Positions 8,434 to 18,688 of a stretch of 61,087 bases of DNA are shown piece by piece; positions within the stretch are counted from its first letter, which is position 1; each line of letters begins with the position of its first letter. Origin of the DNA: Steroidobacteraceae bacterium (GTDB taxonomy: Bacteria; Pseudomonadota; Gammaproteobacteria; Steroidobacterales; Steroidobacteraceae); assembly GCA_025451375.1 (NCBI GenBank), contig JANWKL010000032.1:1-61087 (forward strand), written 5' to 3'. Below the pieces are notes generated by a model. That model did no database searches. It was not told where the DNA came from and was given only the letters and a program-made list of their open reading frames with translations. The translations under genes and the position numbers were made by a program.

Positions 8434-9000
8434 ATGAAGACGCTGGAGAATATCCGCGAGGCGCTGCCGGGCTACGCCCGGGATCTGCAGCTGAATCTCG
8501 GCACCGTGCTGACCCGTGCGGGCGCGCCGGGCCTGGACGAGCGGCAGATCTGGGCGGTGGCGCTCGCTTCCGCCGCCGCGTCACGCAACGCGGCATTCAC
8601 ACGCGACATGCAGGCGATCGCGGCGCAGCACCTTGACGCCGCGCACGTAAGCGCCGCGCACGCGGCGGCTGCGGTCATGGCTATGAACAACGTGTACTAC
8701 CGATTCCTGCACCTGGTGGAGGATCCCGAGTACGCGAAGCTGCCGGCGCGGCTGCGAATGAACATCCTCGGCAGCCCCGGCATCGCCAAGGCGGACTTCG
8801 AACTCCTGGCGCTCGCCGTGTCGGCCATCAACGCTTGTGGTACCTGTGTCGCCTCGCACGAGCGGCAGCTGCGCCAGCACGGCCTGGAACGTGAGGCGGT
8901 GCAGAGCGCGGTGCGCATCGCCGCGATCGTGCACGCCGTGGCACGGGTGCTGGAGAGTGTGGCGGATGAGGGCGCGGCGGCCCACTCACGGGCAGCCTGA
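8434..9000 (+). CDS. ahpD: alkyl hydroperoxide reductase AhpD (carboxymuconolactone decarboxylase fold)
   Basis: Active-site INACGTCVASHE (CxxC-x2-H). The gene starts 1 nt after the ahpC stop. Confidence 0.85.
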   Translation: MKTLENIREALPGYARDLQLNLGTVLTRAGAPGLDERQIWAVALASAAASRNAAFTRDMQAIAAQHLDAAHVSAAHAAAAVMAMNNVYYRFLHLVEDPEYAKLPARLRMNILGSPGIAKADFELLALAVSAINACGTCVASHERQLRQHGLEREAVQSAVRIAAIVHAVARVLESVADEGAAAHSRAA

Positions 9001-9024
9001 CCCCGGCCGTGTTGAACCGGGGCA

Positions 9025-10932
9025 TTGATCCGGCATGCACGGGGGCGTAGCGTCACCGGACCAGTGAGCGGATCCGGCCAATTCAGACTCCTGCGTGAGC
9101 GGCGCTTCGCGCCGTTTTTTTTGGCGCAGGCGCTCGGCGCGTTCAACGACAATCTGTTGAAGAACGTGCTGATCCTGGCGGCCACGTACCAGACCGCGCG
9201 TTACAGCCGGCTCGACCCAAAGCTGCTGGTGAATCTCGCCGGCGGACTCTTCATCCTGCCGTTCGTGCTGTTCTCGGGTGTCGCGGGTCAGCTCGCCGAT
9301 CGCTTCGACAAGACGCGCGTGTTGCGCGTGGTCAAGGCAGCGGAAATTTTAATCATGGCGCTCGCCGCGCTCGGCTTCGCCGGCCACAGCCTCTCACTCC
9401 TGCTCGCGAGCCTGTTTCTCATGGGCGTGCATTCGACGTTTTTCGCGCCCGCCAAGTACGGACTGCTGCCGCAGATACTCAAGCCCACTGAACTCGTCGG
9501 CGGCAACGCGCTGGTGGAAATGGGCACCTTTGTCGCGATACTGCTCGGCACCACCGGCGCGGGAGTGCTCGCCGGCCGTGACAGCACGGCGCTGGTCGGC
9601 GCGGCGCTGTGCGCGGTCGCGGTCATAGGACTGCTCGCGAGCCTCCTGATCCCCAGGGTGCCGGCCGCAGCACCTGGCCTCACCATCGACTGGAACCCCT
9701 GGACTTCAACCTGGAGCAATATCAGCGCCGCGCGCGAATCGCGGCCGGTGTTCCTGTCGCTGCTCGGCCTGTCATGGTTCTGGTTTTACGGCGCGCTGGT
9801 ACTCACGCAGCTGCCCGTCTACTGCCGCTTCGTGATCAACAGCAGCGAGCAGGTGGTCACCCTGATGCTCGTGGACTTCGCAGCCGCGGTGGGGCTCGGG
9901 TCGCTGCTGTGCGAACGGCTCTCGGGGCGCAAGATAGAAATCGGGCTCGTGCCGTTCGGCTCCATCGGCCTCACCGCATTCGCCGTCGATCTCGCGCTGG
10001 CATCCCCGGCCGCGCCCGCCGCGCACGTGCTGGCTGTGGGCGAGTTCCTGGCGCAGCCGCACGCCTGGCGGATCCTCGTTGACCTGTTCGGGATTGGACT
10101 CTTCGGCGGGTTTTACGCGGTGCCGCTGTATGCCATGGTGCAGGAGCGCTCGCCGCCACAGAAGCTGTCGCGCATCATCGCCGCGAACAGCATTTTGAAC
10201 GCGTTGTTCATGGTCGCCGCGGCGGCTTTTGGCGCGCTGGTGCTGGCGACGGGCTTGAGCGTGCCGCAGCTCTTGCTCATCACCGCGGCGTTGAACCTGG
10301 GTGTGGCGGTCTACATCTATTCGCTGGTGCCGGAGTTCCTGCTGCGCTTCGTCGCCTGGCTCCTGATTCACACCGTCTACCGGCTCGACGAGCGCGGTCT
10401 TGAGAACATCCCGGACGAAGGCGCGGCGCTCCTGGTCTGCAACCACGTGAGTTTTGTCGATGCGCTGGTGATATCCGCCGCCTGCCGGCGGCCCATCCGC
10501 TTCGTGATGGAGAGCGCCATCTTTTCCGCGCCCGGCATCAACCTGCTGGCGCGCGGCATGAAGGCCGTGCCGATTGCGTCGGCCAAGGACAGTCCCCTGG
10601 TCTACGAGCGCGCTTTTGAGAGCGTGGCGCAAGAACTCGCGAGCGGCGAGCTGGTGTGTATTTTCCCCGAGGGTCGTCTGACGAGTGATGGCGCCGTCGC
10701 CGCGTTCCGCCCCGGGATGATGCGCATCCTCGCGCAAACGCCGGTGCCGGTAATTCCGCTGGCGCTTTCGGGACTGTGGGGCTCGGTCTTCAGCCGCTAC
10801 CCGGGTCGTATCTGGGGGCCGCTGCTGCACAGCGTGTCAGCCCGGATTGGCATCACGGTCGGCGCCGCGGTCGCAGCCCAGGAAGCCACACCGGAGCTGC
10901 TGCGCGAGCGGGTGCTGGCCTTAAGCGCCTAG
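9025..10932 (+). CDS. MFS (LplT-like lysophospholipid transporter) fused to PlsC-type acyltransferase
   Basis: N-terminal 12-TM MFS domain (FFLAQALGAFNDNLLKN). The C-terminal domain has the HX4D motif CNHVSFVDALV and FPEGR. The start is ambiguous (TTG 9025 or GTG 9064). Confidence 0.8.
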   Translation: MIRHARGRSVTGPVSGSGQFRLLRERRFAPFFLAQALGAFNDNLLKNVLILAATYQTARYSRLDPKLLVNLAGGLFILPFVLFSGVAGQLADRFDKTRVLRVVKAAEILIMALAALGFAGHSLSLLLASLFLMGVHSTFFAPAKYGLLPQILKPTELVGGNALVEMGTFVAILLGTTGAGVLAGRDSTALVGAALCAVAVIGLLASLLIPRVPAAAPGLTIDWNPWTSTWSNISAARESRPVFLSLLGLSWFWFYGALVLTQLPVYCRFVINSSEQVVTLMLVDFAAAVGLGSLLCERLSGRKIEIGLVPFGSIGLTAFAVDLALASPAAPAAHVLAVGEFLAQPHAWRILVDLFGIGLFGGFYAVPLYAMVQERSPPQKLSRIIAANSILNALFMVAAAAFGALVLATGLSVPQLLLITAALNLGVAVYIYSLVPEFLLRFVAWLLIHTVYRLDERGLENIPDEGAALLVCNHVSFVDALVISAACRRPIRFVMESAIFSAPGINLLARGMKAVPIASAKDSPLVYERAFESVAQELASGELVCIFPEGRLTSDGAVAAFRPGMMRILAQTPVPVIPLALSGLWGSVFSRYPGRIWGPLLHSVSARIGITVGAAVAAQEATPELLRERVLALSA

Positions 10933-10936
10933 GCCT

Positions 10937-12241
10937 TCAATTGATCGCATACAACTGGCCGTCCCAGCTGCCGAAGTACACCGAGTCGCCGTCGGGCACG
11001 GGCGAGGACACCACCGCTCCTACGCTCATCATGCGGTCGACGCCCACCACCAGGTCGTCGTAGAAGAAATCACTGAAGGCGGCGTCGTAGTTCGGCGAGC
11101 CGTCCGCCTTGGTAAACGCCGGTCCGTTCTTGTGAGCGCCGTCGGTCTGGAAGGCCCACGCCTGCTTGCCCGCCTGCAGGTCGATCGCGATGAGTTTGCC
11201 CGCGTGCGAGCCGATGTACAGCAGGTCCCCGGCGAGCGCCGGGGAAGAGAAGAATGGCCACTTGTGAAAACTCAGGGAAAACACCGGTGCACCGGTTTTT
11301 GCGTCCGCCGCGAGTACGAGTGCGGTGTCGGAGGTGGCGAAGTACACCCGGCCATCGCGCACACTCGGGGAGCTGATCACCCAGGAGCTCCTGGTCGAGT
11401 ATGACCAGCGCTTCGTTCCGCTCGCTGCATCGAGCGCGTAGAGGTTGGAGTCGCGGCAGCCGAAATACACCACCCCATCCGCCACCACGGCAGAGGACTG
11501 TATTCCCACCTGGTTGTTGATCGCCGGATCCTCGCCAGTCTTGAATCGCCAGCGCTGTTTGCCGCTCGTAGCGTCCAGGGCATAAAAGTAACTGTCCCAG
11601 CTGCCCACGAATACCGTGCCATTGGCCACCGCTGGGGAGGCGTGCACGACGTTGCCGGTGTGGAATTTCCAGCGCAGCGCGCCGCTGCCCGCATCCAGTG
11701 CGTAAACGTTGCCGTCGCCACTGCCAAAGTAGACCATGCCCCCGGCGACCGCCGGCGAGGAAAGAAAAAAGTCGAACGGATCCGGCATCACCTCGGCCGC
11801 CGGATCCGCACCGTGCAGATGCCGGGCGCTGAAACGGCGTTCGCCGCCGGTGGTGAACTTCCAGTTCAACGCCCCATTGGCGGCGTCGAGCGCATAGAAA
11901 TTGCCGTCGTAGCTGCCGAAGTACACCCGCCCGGCTGACACGGCCGGCGATGAGGTCACGCGGCCCTGGGTGGCGAATTTCCACCGCAGCCGACCCGAGG
12001 ATTCATCGATCGCGTAGAAGTTGTGATCGCTGCTGCCGAAATAAACGATGCCGGCACTGATGGCCGGACTCGACACGATGGCCGCCCCGGTCTTGAATTT
12101 CCATTTCACCCCGTGCAGCACCGGCACGCCCGCCGCCTTGTAGATACCGCTGTGGCTGGCGTCGACTCGAAACTGCTCGGCGCGCGCGGCGCTGGCGCTG
12201 ACGAGCAGTGCAATGACGACCGCGGCAGCAGGGGCTTGCAT
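10937..12241 (-). CDS. secreted PQQ-like (BamB-type) beta-propeller repeat protein
   Basis: Signal peptide MQAPAAAVVIALLVSASAARA. About eight repeats of the ...YFGSxDxNxYALDAxxGxxxWxF... type. ATG 12241 is preferred over 12277. Confidence 0.8.
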   Translation of the reverse strand: MQAPAAAVVIALLVSASAARAEQFRVDASHSGIYKAAGVPVLHGVKWKFKTGAAIVSSPAISAGIVYFGSSDHNFYAIDESSGRLRWKFATQGRVTSSPAVSAGRVYFGSYDGNFYALDAANGALNWKFTTGGERRFSARHLHGADPAAEVMPDPFDFFLSSPAVAGGMVYFGSGDGNVYALDAGSGALRWKFHTGNVVHASPAVANGTVFVGSWDSYFYALDATSGKQRWRFKTGEDPAINNQVGIQSSAVVADGVVYFGCRDSNLYALDAASGTKRWSYSTRSSWVISSPSVRDGRVYFATSDTALVLAADAKTGAPVFSLSFHKWPFFSSPALAGDLLYIGSHAGKLIAIDLQAGKQAWAFQTDGAHKNGPAFTKADGSPNYDAAFSDFFYDDLVVGVDRMMSVGAVVSSPVPDGDSVYFGSWDGQLYAIN

Positions 12242-12340
12242 CGGACCGTTCCTGAGTGGTTGGTTAGCAGGCGTCACGCATCATAGGGCGTCGTCCGACC
12301 CGCTCGTGTTCGGCCTGCCGCCGCCAGCCGGCGGCTCGGC

Positions 12341-15300
12341 TCAGGCCGCTGCCGGCTCGATGCCAATGCTTGGCGGAATGAGCTTGTACATGACGGGCGT
12401 GACCAGCCGCGCGAGCAGCGTGGAGGAAATCAGGCCGCCGATGATCACCCACGCCATGGGTGAGTACAGACCCACATTCTGCAGCGCCAGCGGCAACAGG
12501 CCGCCGATCGCGGTCGCCGAGGTGAGGAGGATCGGCAGGAAGCGGATCTCGCCCGCCTGCTCGATCGCCTCGCCGAGCGGCACGCCCTGCGCGCGCAGCT
12601 GGTTGGTGAAGTCCACGAACAGAATGGAGTTCTTGATCTCGATGCCGATGAGCGCGATGAAGCCGATGCTGGCCGTGAAGGAGATCGAGTTGCCGGTTGC
12701 GAGCAGTAACAGCAGACCGCCGAACACGCCCAGCGGCACCACCGTGAGCACGATGAGCGTGGATTTGAAGTTGCCGAACTCGAGCACCAGGATGGCGAAG
12801 ATCCCGAACACCGCGACGATGATGGCCGTGCCAATGCCGCCGAAGGCCTCCGCGCCCGACTCCGCTTCGCCACCGAGCGCGTAGCGATAGCCGCGTGGCC
12901 AGCTGATGGCGTCCAAACGCCTGGCGACCGCAGCGGTGACCTTGGCGGTGTTGAAACCTCGCACCACTTGCGCGTTGATGGTCACGTTGCGCTCGCGGTT
13001 GTAGCGCTGGATCTGCGTCGGCGCCTGCTGGAACCCCAGGGTTGCCAGCTGCGAAACCGGCAGGATAGCTCCGCTCGCCGTGGGCACGCGGATCTGCTCG
13101 AGTGCGCTGAGACCGGCGCGCTCGGTGAGCGGCGTCCGCACCATGATGTCGTACTGCTCGCCGCTCGGATCCTTGAAGGTGCCCACCGGGATGCCCGCCA
13201 CCGACAGCCGCACGGCGCGCTCGAAGTCCACGACCGGCACACCGAGCAAGGCCGCCTTTTGCGGATCGATATCCAGGTGCAGGTTGGTACGCGGCACGCG
13301 CACCGGATTGACGACATCGCGCGTTCCCGGCGTCGCCTGCAGCACGCGTTCGACCCGCGCCGCGAGGCGTTCGATGACGTCGAGATCCGTACCGATCACC
13401 CGCACCGACACCGGTGCGTTGATGGGCGGTCCGTTGACGAACTCCTTCACATAGATATGCGCGCCCGGGTAAGCCGCCAGCTGCGTGCGCAGCTCATCGA
13501 GCAGTCGCGGGGTGCTGCGGGTGTCGTACTCCTTGAGCTGCACGAAGGCTTCGGCATAGTTGACAGCGTCACCATGCGAAATGACGTTGTAATAGATCTG
13601 CGGATTGCCGTGGCCGACATTGGCGAACCAGCTGCGCACCTGCGGCATATGGGCGAGTTTGTCCTCCACGAAGCGCAACGCCTGGTCAGTGGCCGCGAAG
13701 CTCGTGCCATCGGGTGCTTCCACCGTCACCAGGAACTGCGGCGTATCCGCCTTGGGGAACAGACTGCTGCCGATGATCGGTACCAGTACCGCGGACAGCA
13801 CCAGCACACCGCCGATCGCGGCGAAAACGCTCGCCTTGGGTCGGGCGAGGCAATAGTGCAGTGCCGGCCGGTAATAGCGGTGGATCGCACCCATCACCCG
13901 CTGCAGGAGCGGACTGCCATGCGGGTCGGCGTGCTCGGCGAGTACCCGGCTGGCGATGAACGGGATGACGAACAAGGCGATGAGCAGCGAACCTACGATG
14001 GTTGCCACCACGGTCAAGGGCAGCACGCGGATGAACTTGCCGGCGTTTCCCGGCAGCGCCATGAGCGGCAGGAAAGCAAAGATCAGCGTTGCCGTGCAGC
14101 CGACGATCGCGACCAGAATCTGGCGCGTACCGGCGAGCGCCGCCTCGGTTCGCGAGGCGCCCTCGCGCAGGTGGCGGGCGATGTTTTCGGTGACCACGAT
14201 CGAGTCATCGACCAGGAGCCCTAAGGCCACCACGAAGGCCGCGATCGAAATCTGGTTCAGCGAATAGCCCATGAAATCCAGTGCCGTGAGCCCGAAGGCG
14301 AACGACAGCGGGATGGACACCATGACGATGCCGGCGGCCCGCAGCCCCAGCGGCAGCAGCGTCACCAGCACCAGCGCCAGCGCGATCAGCAGATCGCGGT
14401 ACAGGTGGTCGAGGCGGCTGGCGACGTTGCGCGACTGATCGAATCCCTGCTCCAGAAGGATGCTTTTGGGCAGCTCGCGGCCGAAGCGCTGCACCGCGGC
14501 GTTGATGCGCGCGCTCACCTCGAGGATGTTGTAACCGTCCTTCTGGTTCGCGGTGACGAACACCGCGCGCTGGCCGTTGAAGCGGCCGATGTAGCTCCAG
14601 GTTTGCGTGTTCCAGCTGACGTCGGCGACGTCGCGCACCCGCACCATGCGGCCCCCGACGGCCTGCACCACGGTATCGCGCACCTCATCGAGTGAACGGT
14701 AGCTGCCGAAGGTCTTGAGGCTGAAGGTACGCGGCCCGATATCGAGCGCGCCGGCGGAAAGGTTGGCGTTGTCGCTCTGCAGGGCCTGGATGAGCTGCGG
14801 GGGTTTGAGCCCGAGCTCCGACATGCGCTGCAGATCCAGCTGCACGCGCAGCTCGCGCGCCGGGTACGCCCAGCTCTCGGAGGTGCGCACGCCATCCACC
14901 GCCTTGAGCGTGTCCTTCAGGCGCCGCGCGTAGTCCTCGAGTTCCCGGTAGGGTGCATCCGCGGAGACCAGCGCCACCTGCACGACGTTGACGAGGCCCG
15001 GGCTCACCCGGCGCACCTCGATCCTCTGTACCTCGGCGGGCAGCTCCGGACGCAGCGCGTTGACCTCGCGCGTCACCTCGTCGAATTTCTTGTCCGCGTC
15101 CGTGTTGGCATTGAACTCGAGGTAGGTGAATGCCAGACCATCGTTGATGGTGGTGTCGATCTTGTGAACGTCATCGAGCTCCGCCAGGCGGTCCTCGATG
15201 GGCTTGACGACCAGTTCCTCCATGTCTTTGGGATCCGCGCCCGGGTACACGGCGAGAATCTGCGCCGCCGCGATCTTGAAATACGGGTCTTCTTCGCGCG

Positions 15301-15397
15301 GCACGCTGGCAAAAGCGAACCAGCCAAGGGCCACGAGGCACAGCAACGCGACCAGCGTCACCTGGTAGCGCCTGATCGGAAATTCCAGCAGCGTCAT
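12341..15397 (-). CDS. RND efflux transporter permease (AcrB/HAE-type)
   Basis: 1018 aa with 12 TM. The TM4 motif GLLVDDSIVVTEN resembles AcrB. Confidence 0.9.
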   Translation of the reverse strand: MTLLEFPIRRYQVTLVALLCLVALGWFAFASVPREEDPYFKIAAAQILAVYPGADPKDMEELVVKPIEDRLAELDDVHKIDTTINDGLAFTYLEFNANTDADKKFDEVTREVNALRPELPAEVQRIEVRRVSPGLVNVVQVALVSADAPYRELEDYARRLKDTLKAVDGVRTSESWAYPARELRVQLDLQRMSELGLKPPQLIQALQSDNANLSAGALDIGPRTFSLKTFGSYRSLDEVRDTVVQAVGGRMVRVRDVADVSWNTQTWSYIGRFNGQRAVFVTANQKDGYNILEVSARINAAVQRFGRELPKSILLEQGFDQSRNVASRLDHLYRDLLIALALVLVTLLPLGLRAAGIVMVSIPLSFAFGLTALDFMGYSLNQISIAAFVVALGLLVDDSIVVTENIARHLREGASRTEAALAGTRQILVAIVGCTATLIFAFLPLMALPGNAGKFIRVLPLTVVATIVGSLLIALFVIPFIASRVLAEHADPHGSPLLQRVMGAIHRYYRPALHYCLARPKASVFAAIGGVLVLSAVLVPIIGSSLFPKADTPQFLVTVEAPDGTSFAATDQALRFVEDKLAHMPQVRSWFANVGHGNPQIYYNVISHGDAVNYAEAFVQLKEYDTRSTPRLLDELRTQLAAYPGAHIYVKEFVNGPPINAPVSVRVIGTDLDVIERLAARVERVLQATPGTRDVVNPVRVPRTNLHLDIDPQKAALLGVPVVDFERAVRLSVAGIPVGTFKDPSGEQYDIMVRTPLTERAGLSALEQIRVPTASGAILPVSQLATLGFQQAPTQIQRYNRERNVTINAQVVRGFNTAKVTAAVARRLDAISWPRGYRYALGGEAESGAEAFGGIGTAIIVAVFGIFAILVLEFGNFKSTLIVLTVVPLGVFGGLLLLLATGNSISFTASIGFIALIGIEIKNSILFVDFTNQLRAQGVPLGEAIEQAGEIRFLPILLTSATAIGGLLPLALQNVGLYSPMAWVIIGGLISSTLLARLVTPVMYKLIPPSIGIEPAAA

Positions 15398-15424
15398 TGT
15401 GGGTATCCTTGAGGCGCAGCAGCT

Positions 15425-16495
15425 TCAGAAGTTGCCGGCCACGCGCGCCGGATCGGTGACGATCTCGATGACGTCGTTGTCCTCGAGGTACAGCGCGCCA
15501 TCGGTGACCACGCGCTCGCCCGGCGCGAGGCCTGCGGCCAGCGCTACCCCGGTCGGATCAATGAACGCCACGCGCACCTGGCGCCGCTGCGCGCGATCGC
15601 CGTGGACAACGAAGACGCTGGCGGTATCGCCGCTGCCCTCGACCACCGCGCCCATCGGGACGTAGGTGAGCGTGTGCGTGCGGCCGGCTGCCGGATACAG
15701 ACGCAGCTTCGCCACGAGACCGCTGGCGAGGGCGGCGGGCGGCGCATCCAGGCGCGCTTCCACCGGGAACATGCCGGTGCGCTGATCCGCCGCGCTCGCG
15801 ATCTGCGAGAGCCTGGCGTGCAGCACCTGTCCGGGATAGGCGTCGAGGCGCACCTCGCACGGATCACCGATTTGCAACTGCACCAGCTCCCGGTCGGCGA
15901 GCGCAGCGCGTACCACGTAGCCTTTGTCATGCCCGCCGACGAGGAGCACGGTCTGCCCGGCGGGCACGATTTCACGCTCCTGTGCGAGCTTGCGCAGCAC
16001 CACCCCGTCCCCGGGGGCGGTAATGACCGCGTAGCCGCGGTTGAACTCGACGCCCCGCAGCTGCGCCTGCGCGGTGGCCGCCTGGGTCCTGAGGTCCTGC
16101 AACTGCTCAAGACTGATCACCTCATCGGCGTACAGGCGTTCGCCACGCGCCAGATCGCGTTGCGCCTTGGTGGCGAGTGCGCGCACCTGCTCGAGCTGCG
16201 CATTGATTTCGGTGAGCTCGATTTCGGCCAGGGGCTCGCCCGCATGCACGCTCGCGCCCTCCTCGACATGAATGGCGTGGATGACACCGCCGACCTTGAA
16301 CGACAGCGGAATCTCGTCCTTGTTGGCGATGGTCCCGTTGGTGAGGATCGCCGGCGTCGCCGGCCCGCTGGTGGCCGCCGCCACGCGCACCGGGGTGCGC
16401 GGCGCGGCGCTCTCACCCGCATGCGAGGAGCAGGCGGTGAGTGCTGCGCCAAGGCTGAGGCTCAGGGCGAGGGCGGCGAGTTTGTGCTGTGTCAT
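15425..16495 (-). CDS. RND periplasmic adaptor (membrane fusion protein), lipoprotein
   Basis: MTQHKLAALALSLSLGAALTACS contains a lipobox. Coiled-coil and barrel regions are present. ATG 16495 has a GGAGAG SD. The longer ORF to 16588 overlaps the OMF gene. Confidence 0.85.
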   Translation of the reverse strand: MTQHKLAALALSLSLGAALTACSSHAGESAAPRTPVRVAAATSGPATPAILTNGTIANKDEIPLSFKVGGVIHAIHVEEGASVHAGEPLAEIELTEINAQLEQVRALATKAQRDLARGERLYADEVISLEQLQDLRTQAATAQAQLRGVEFNRGYAVITAPGDGVVLRKLAQEREIVPAGQTVLLVGGHDKGYVVRAALADRELVQLQIGDPCEVRLDAYPGQVLHARLSQIASAADQRTGMFPVEARLDAPPAALASGLVAKLRLYPAAGRTHTLTYVPMGAVVEGSGDTASVFVVHGDRAQRRQVRVAFIDPTGVALAAGLAPGERVVTDGALYLEDNDVIEIVTDPARVAGNF

Positions 16496-16514
16496 ATCAA
16501 TGCTCTCCGGCGGC

Positions 16515-17975
16515 TCATAAGGCTTCGAGCGGCAGTGTCCCCGCCGCGGTCGCGTAGTCGAGCTCGGCTTGCCGCGCCAGCAGCTCAAAACGGGTGACGT
16601 TGAGATTCAGTTCCGCGCTGGTGAGCGTGCTGCGGGCGTCGATGAATTCAACCTGGTTTATGACGCCCTCATCGCGCTTGCGGCTTGCGATCCGAAAGCC
16701 GGCGCGGGCCGCCGCCGCGCGCGCGTCCGCTGTGGCGAGCGAGTCGGCGCTGGTCGTAAGGTTGTCCAGCGACTGCTCCACTTCGAGCTGGATCTGCTGG
16801 GTCAGGGCGTCGCGCAGCACCGCGGCGCGGTGGGCTTCGGCGCGCTCGCTGTGCACCTCGGCCTCGCTCGCACCACCGTCAAAGAACTGCCAGTGCAGAA
16901 GCAGCGAGATGGTGCCGAAGTTGCGTCCGTAGCCGAAGTCATAACGCTCGTCGTTGGTGCCGGCGTCAACGCCGAGAGAAAGGGTTGGCTTGAGCGCCGC
17001 GCGCGCCACCTGGATCTGCGCCTGGGCGGCGTGCACTTCGCGGTCGAGCTGCGCCACTTCGGGGCGGTTGGCGAGGGCGACCGCGCGCAGCTGCGCAAGA
17101 TCGCGGCCGGTGTGGGTGATTTCCGCGTCGATGGCGGCGCTCTGCAGCGGTTCATCGAGCGAACGGTTGAGCAGGAAGTTCAGATAGCTCTTCGCCTGGG
17201 ATTCGCCGTTGCGCGCCTCGCGCAGCTGCTGCTGAACGCCAAGCAACTCGGCACGCGCGCGCAGCACCTGGTCCTGGGTTACCTTGCCGTTGCGGTACAA
17301 GGACTCGCTCACCCGCACGTTCTCGGCGAGGAGTGCGACGCTCGCGTCCACGATGCCGACGGTGCGCGTGGCCTTCAGCCAGTCGAGATAGCCGACCGTG
17401 ACGTCACGCTTGAGTCGCCGTGCCACCGCCAGCCGGTTGAACTGCGCGGCTTCCAGAAGCGAGCTCTGGACGCGCACTGCGGCCGGGATCGCCGGCGCGT
17501 ACAGCGCCTGGCGCACGGTGATGCGCGTGTCCTGCTCGCGTTGGCGCAGGAAATTGAACGACTCATTCTGGATCGGAGTGAATTCTGCCGGCCTGCCCTG
17601 GGCCGAGAGCAGCTGGTTCAGCGACGCGTACACCGGGTTCATGAGGTCGCCGAGCGGCAGCTGCAGCAGCCGCCCGCCTTCGGACCAGCTGTACCGCGCC
17701 TCGAGCGCGAGCGTCGGAAAAAAATGCGCGCGTACGGCATCCAGCGCCGCGAAGCTGCGCTCGACGGTCAGTGATTGCGCGCGCAGCGACAGGTTGGACT
17801 TCAACGCCTCGCGCACGTAATCATCGACCACCGAGGCGACCGGCCGGGTCGCCACGACATCGGCGGGCGGGCTACCGCTCGCAAAGGGGGCAGCCTGCGC
17901 CTGCACCACGGTGATCCGACTCGCGGCACCGAAGGCGAGGCCGGCGAGCACGAGGAGCATTACGCGGGACTTCAT
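16515..17975 (-). CDS. TolC-family outer-membrane efflux protein
   Basis: Signal peptide followed by two OEP repeats. It is the first structural gene of the OMF-MFP-RND operon. Confidence 0.85.
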   Translation of the reverse strand: MKSRVMLLVLAGLAFGAASRITVVQAQAAPFASGSPPADVVATRPVASVVDDYVREALKSNLSLRAQSLTVERSFAALDAVRAHFFPTLALEARYSWSEGGRLLQLPLGDLMNPVYASLNQLLSAQGRPAEFTPIQNESFNFLRQREQDTRITVRQALYAPAIPAAVRVQSSLLEAAQFNRLAVARRLKRDVTVGYLDWLKATRTVGIVDASVALLAENVRVSESLYRNGKVTQDQVLRARAELLGVQQQLREARNGESQAKSYLNFLLNRSLDEPLQSAAIDAEITHTGRDLAQLRAVALANRPEVAQLDREVHAAQAQIQVARAALKPTLSLGVDAGTNDERYDFGYGRNFGTISLLLHWQFFDGGASEAEVHSERAEAHRAAVLRDALTQQIQLEVEQSLDNLTTSADSLATADARAAAARAGFRIASRKRDEGVINQVEFIDARSTLTSAELNLNVTRFELLARQAELDYATAAGTLPLEAL

Positions 17976-17986
17976 CTGTGTACTCG

Positions 17987-18002
17987 TTGGACACGTGTCA
18001 AT
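17987..18002. promoter_or_regulatory. putative TetR operator upstream of the efflux genes
   Basis: TTGGACACGTGTCAAT uses the same half-sites (TTGACAC/GTGTCAA) as the palindrome at 18689-18705. It lies between the tetR stop (18022) and the OMF start (17975). Confidence 0.45.
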
Positions 18003-18021
18003 TCGTGGTCAAAAAAAGGGC

Positions 18022-18666
18022 TCAGACCTTCGTCGCCAGCGATCGGGTCGCCATGTCCATCGCTTCATCCAGGAGCGCGCGCCCGTCGACGCCCTGGTGC
18101 GCGAGGAGCTTCGCTTTGGTGGTCGCCACCTGGATCACGCCGTGCGTGAAACCCCACAGCACCGTCGCCACCAGCACGCGATTGCCAAGATCAGGGCGGA
18201 TGGAGCCGTCACGCACACCATCGTCGAGTACCTTGACCATCACGGCGTGCAGGGCGTCCCCGCTGGCAAGACACGCCGCTTCGTTCGGCTGGGCGTTGGC
18301 GATGTCGACCTCGCGCATCTCGCAGCGCGCCATGATGTCGAAATGCACCGGGAATTCCTGGGAGAAGGCGATGTAGGCGCGGCCGATCGCCGTCATCTGA
18401 TCGATCCCTTTGCCGTGACGCGCCGCGGCTTCTTCGAAGCGCTGGCGCAGCAGCCCGAGCGCGCGCTCGCAGATGCCGTACATGAGATCGACCTTGTCGG
18501 TGAAGTACACGTACACGAGGGCGCGCGACAGCCGTGCCCCGCGCGCCACCTGGTCCATGGTGAGTTCGTCCCAGCCAACGCGCGTGAGGGCCGCCTCGGC
18601 CGCATCCAGGATGTCGGCGCGGCGGCGCTCCTTTTCTTCCTGGCGGCGTTCGGCGATGTAATTCAT
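18022..18666 (-). CDS. TetR/AcrR-family transcriptional repressor
   Basis: N-terminal HTH TMDQVARGARLSRALVYVYFTDK. The gene heads the efflux operon. Confidence 0.85.
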   Translation of the reverse strand: MNYIAERRQEEKERRRADILDAAEAALTRVGWDELTMDQVARGARLSRALVYVYFTDKVDLMYGICERALGLLRQRFEEAAARHGKGIDQMTAIGRAYIAFSQEFPVHFDIMARCEMREVDIANAQPNEAACLASGDALHAVMVKVLDDGVRDGSIRPDLGNRVLVATVLWGFTHGVIQVATTKAKLLAHQGVDGRALLDEAMDMATRSLATKV

Positions 18667-18688
18667 GATGCTCAGAGCCTAACGCTGT

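Noticed and set aside
9001-9022. Hairpin CCCCGG-N10-CCGGGG after ahpD as an intrinsic terminator, and similar GC hairpins at 12300-12340 and 45378-45403.
   Set aside because: The stems are short (6-8 bp) and lack a U-tract. In GC-rich DNA such structures arise easily, so I cannot support them as terminators from sequence alone.
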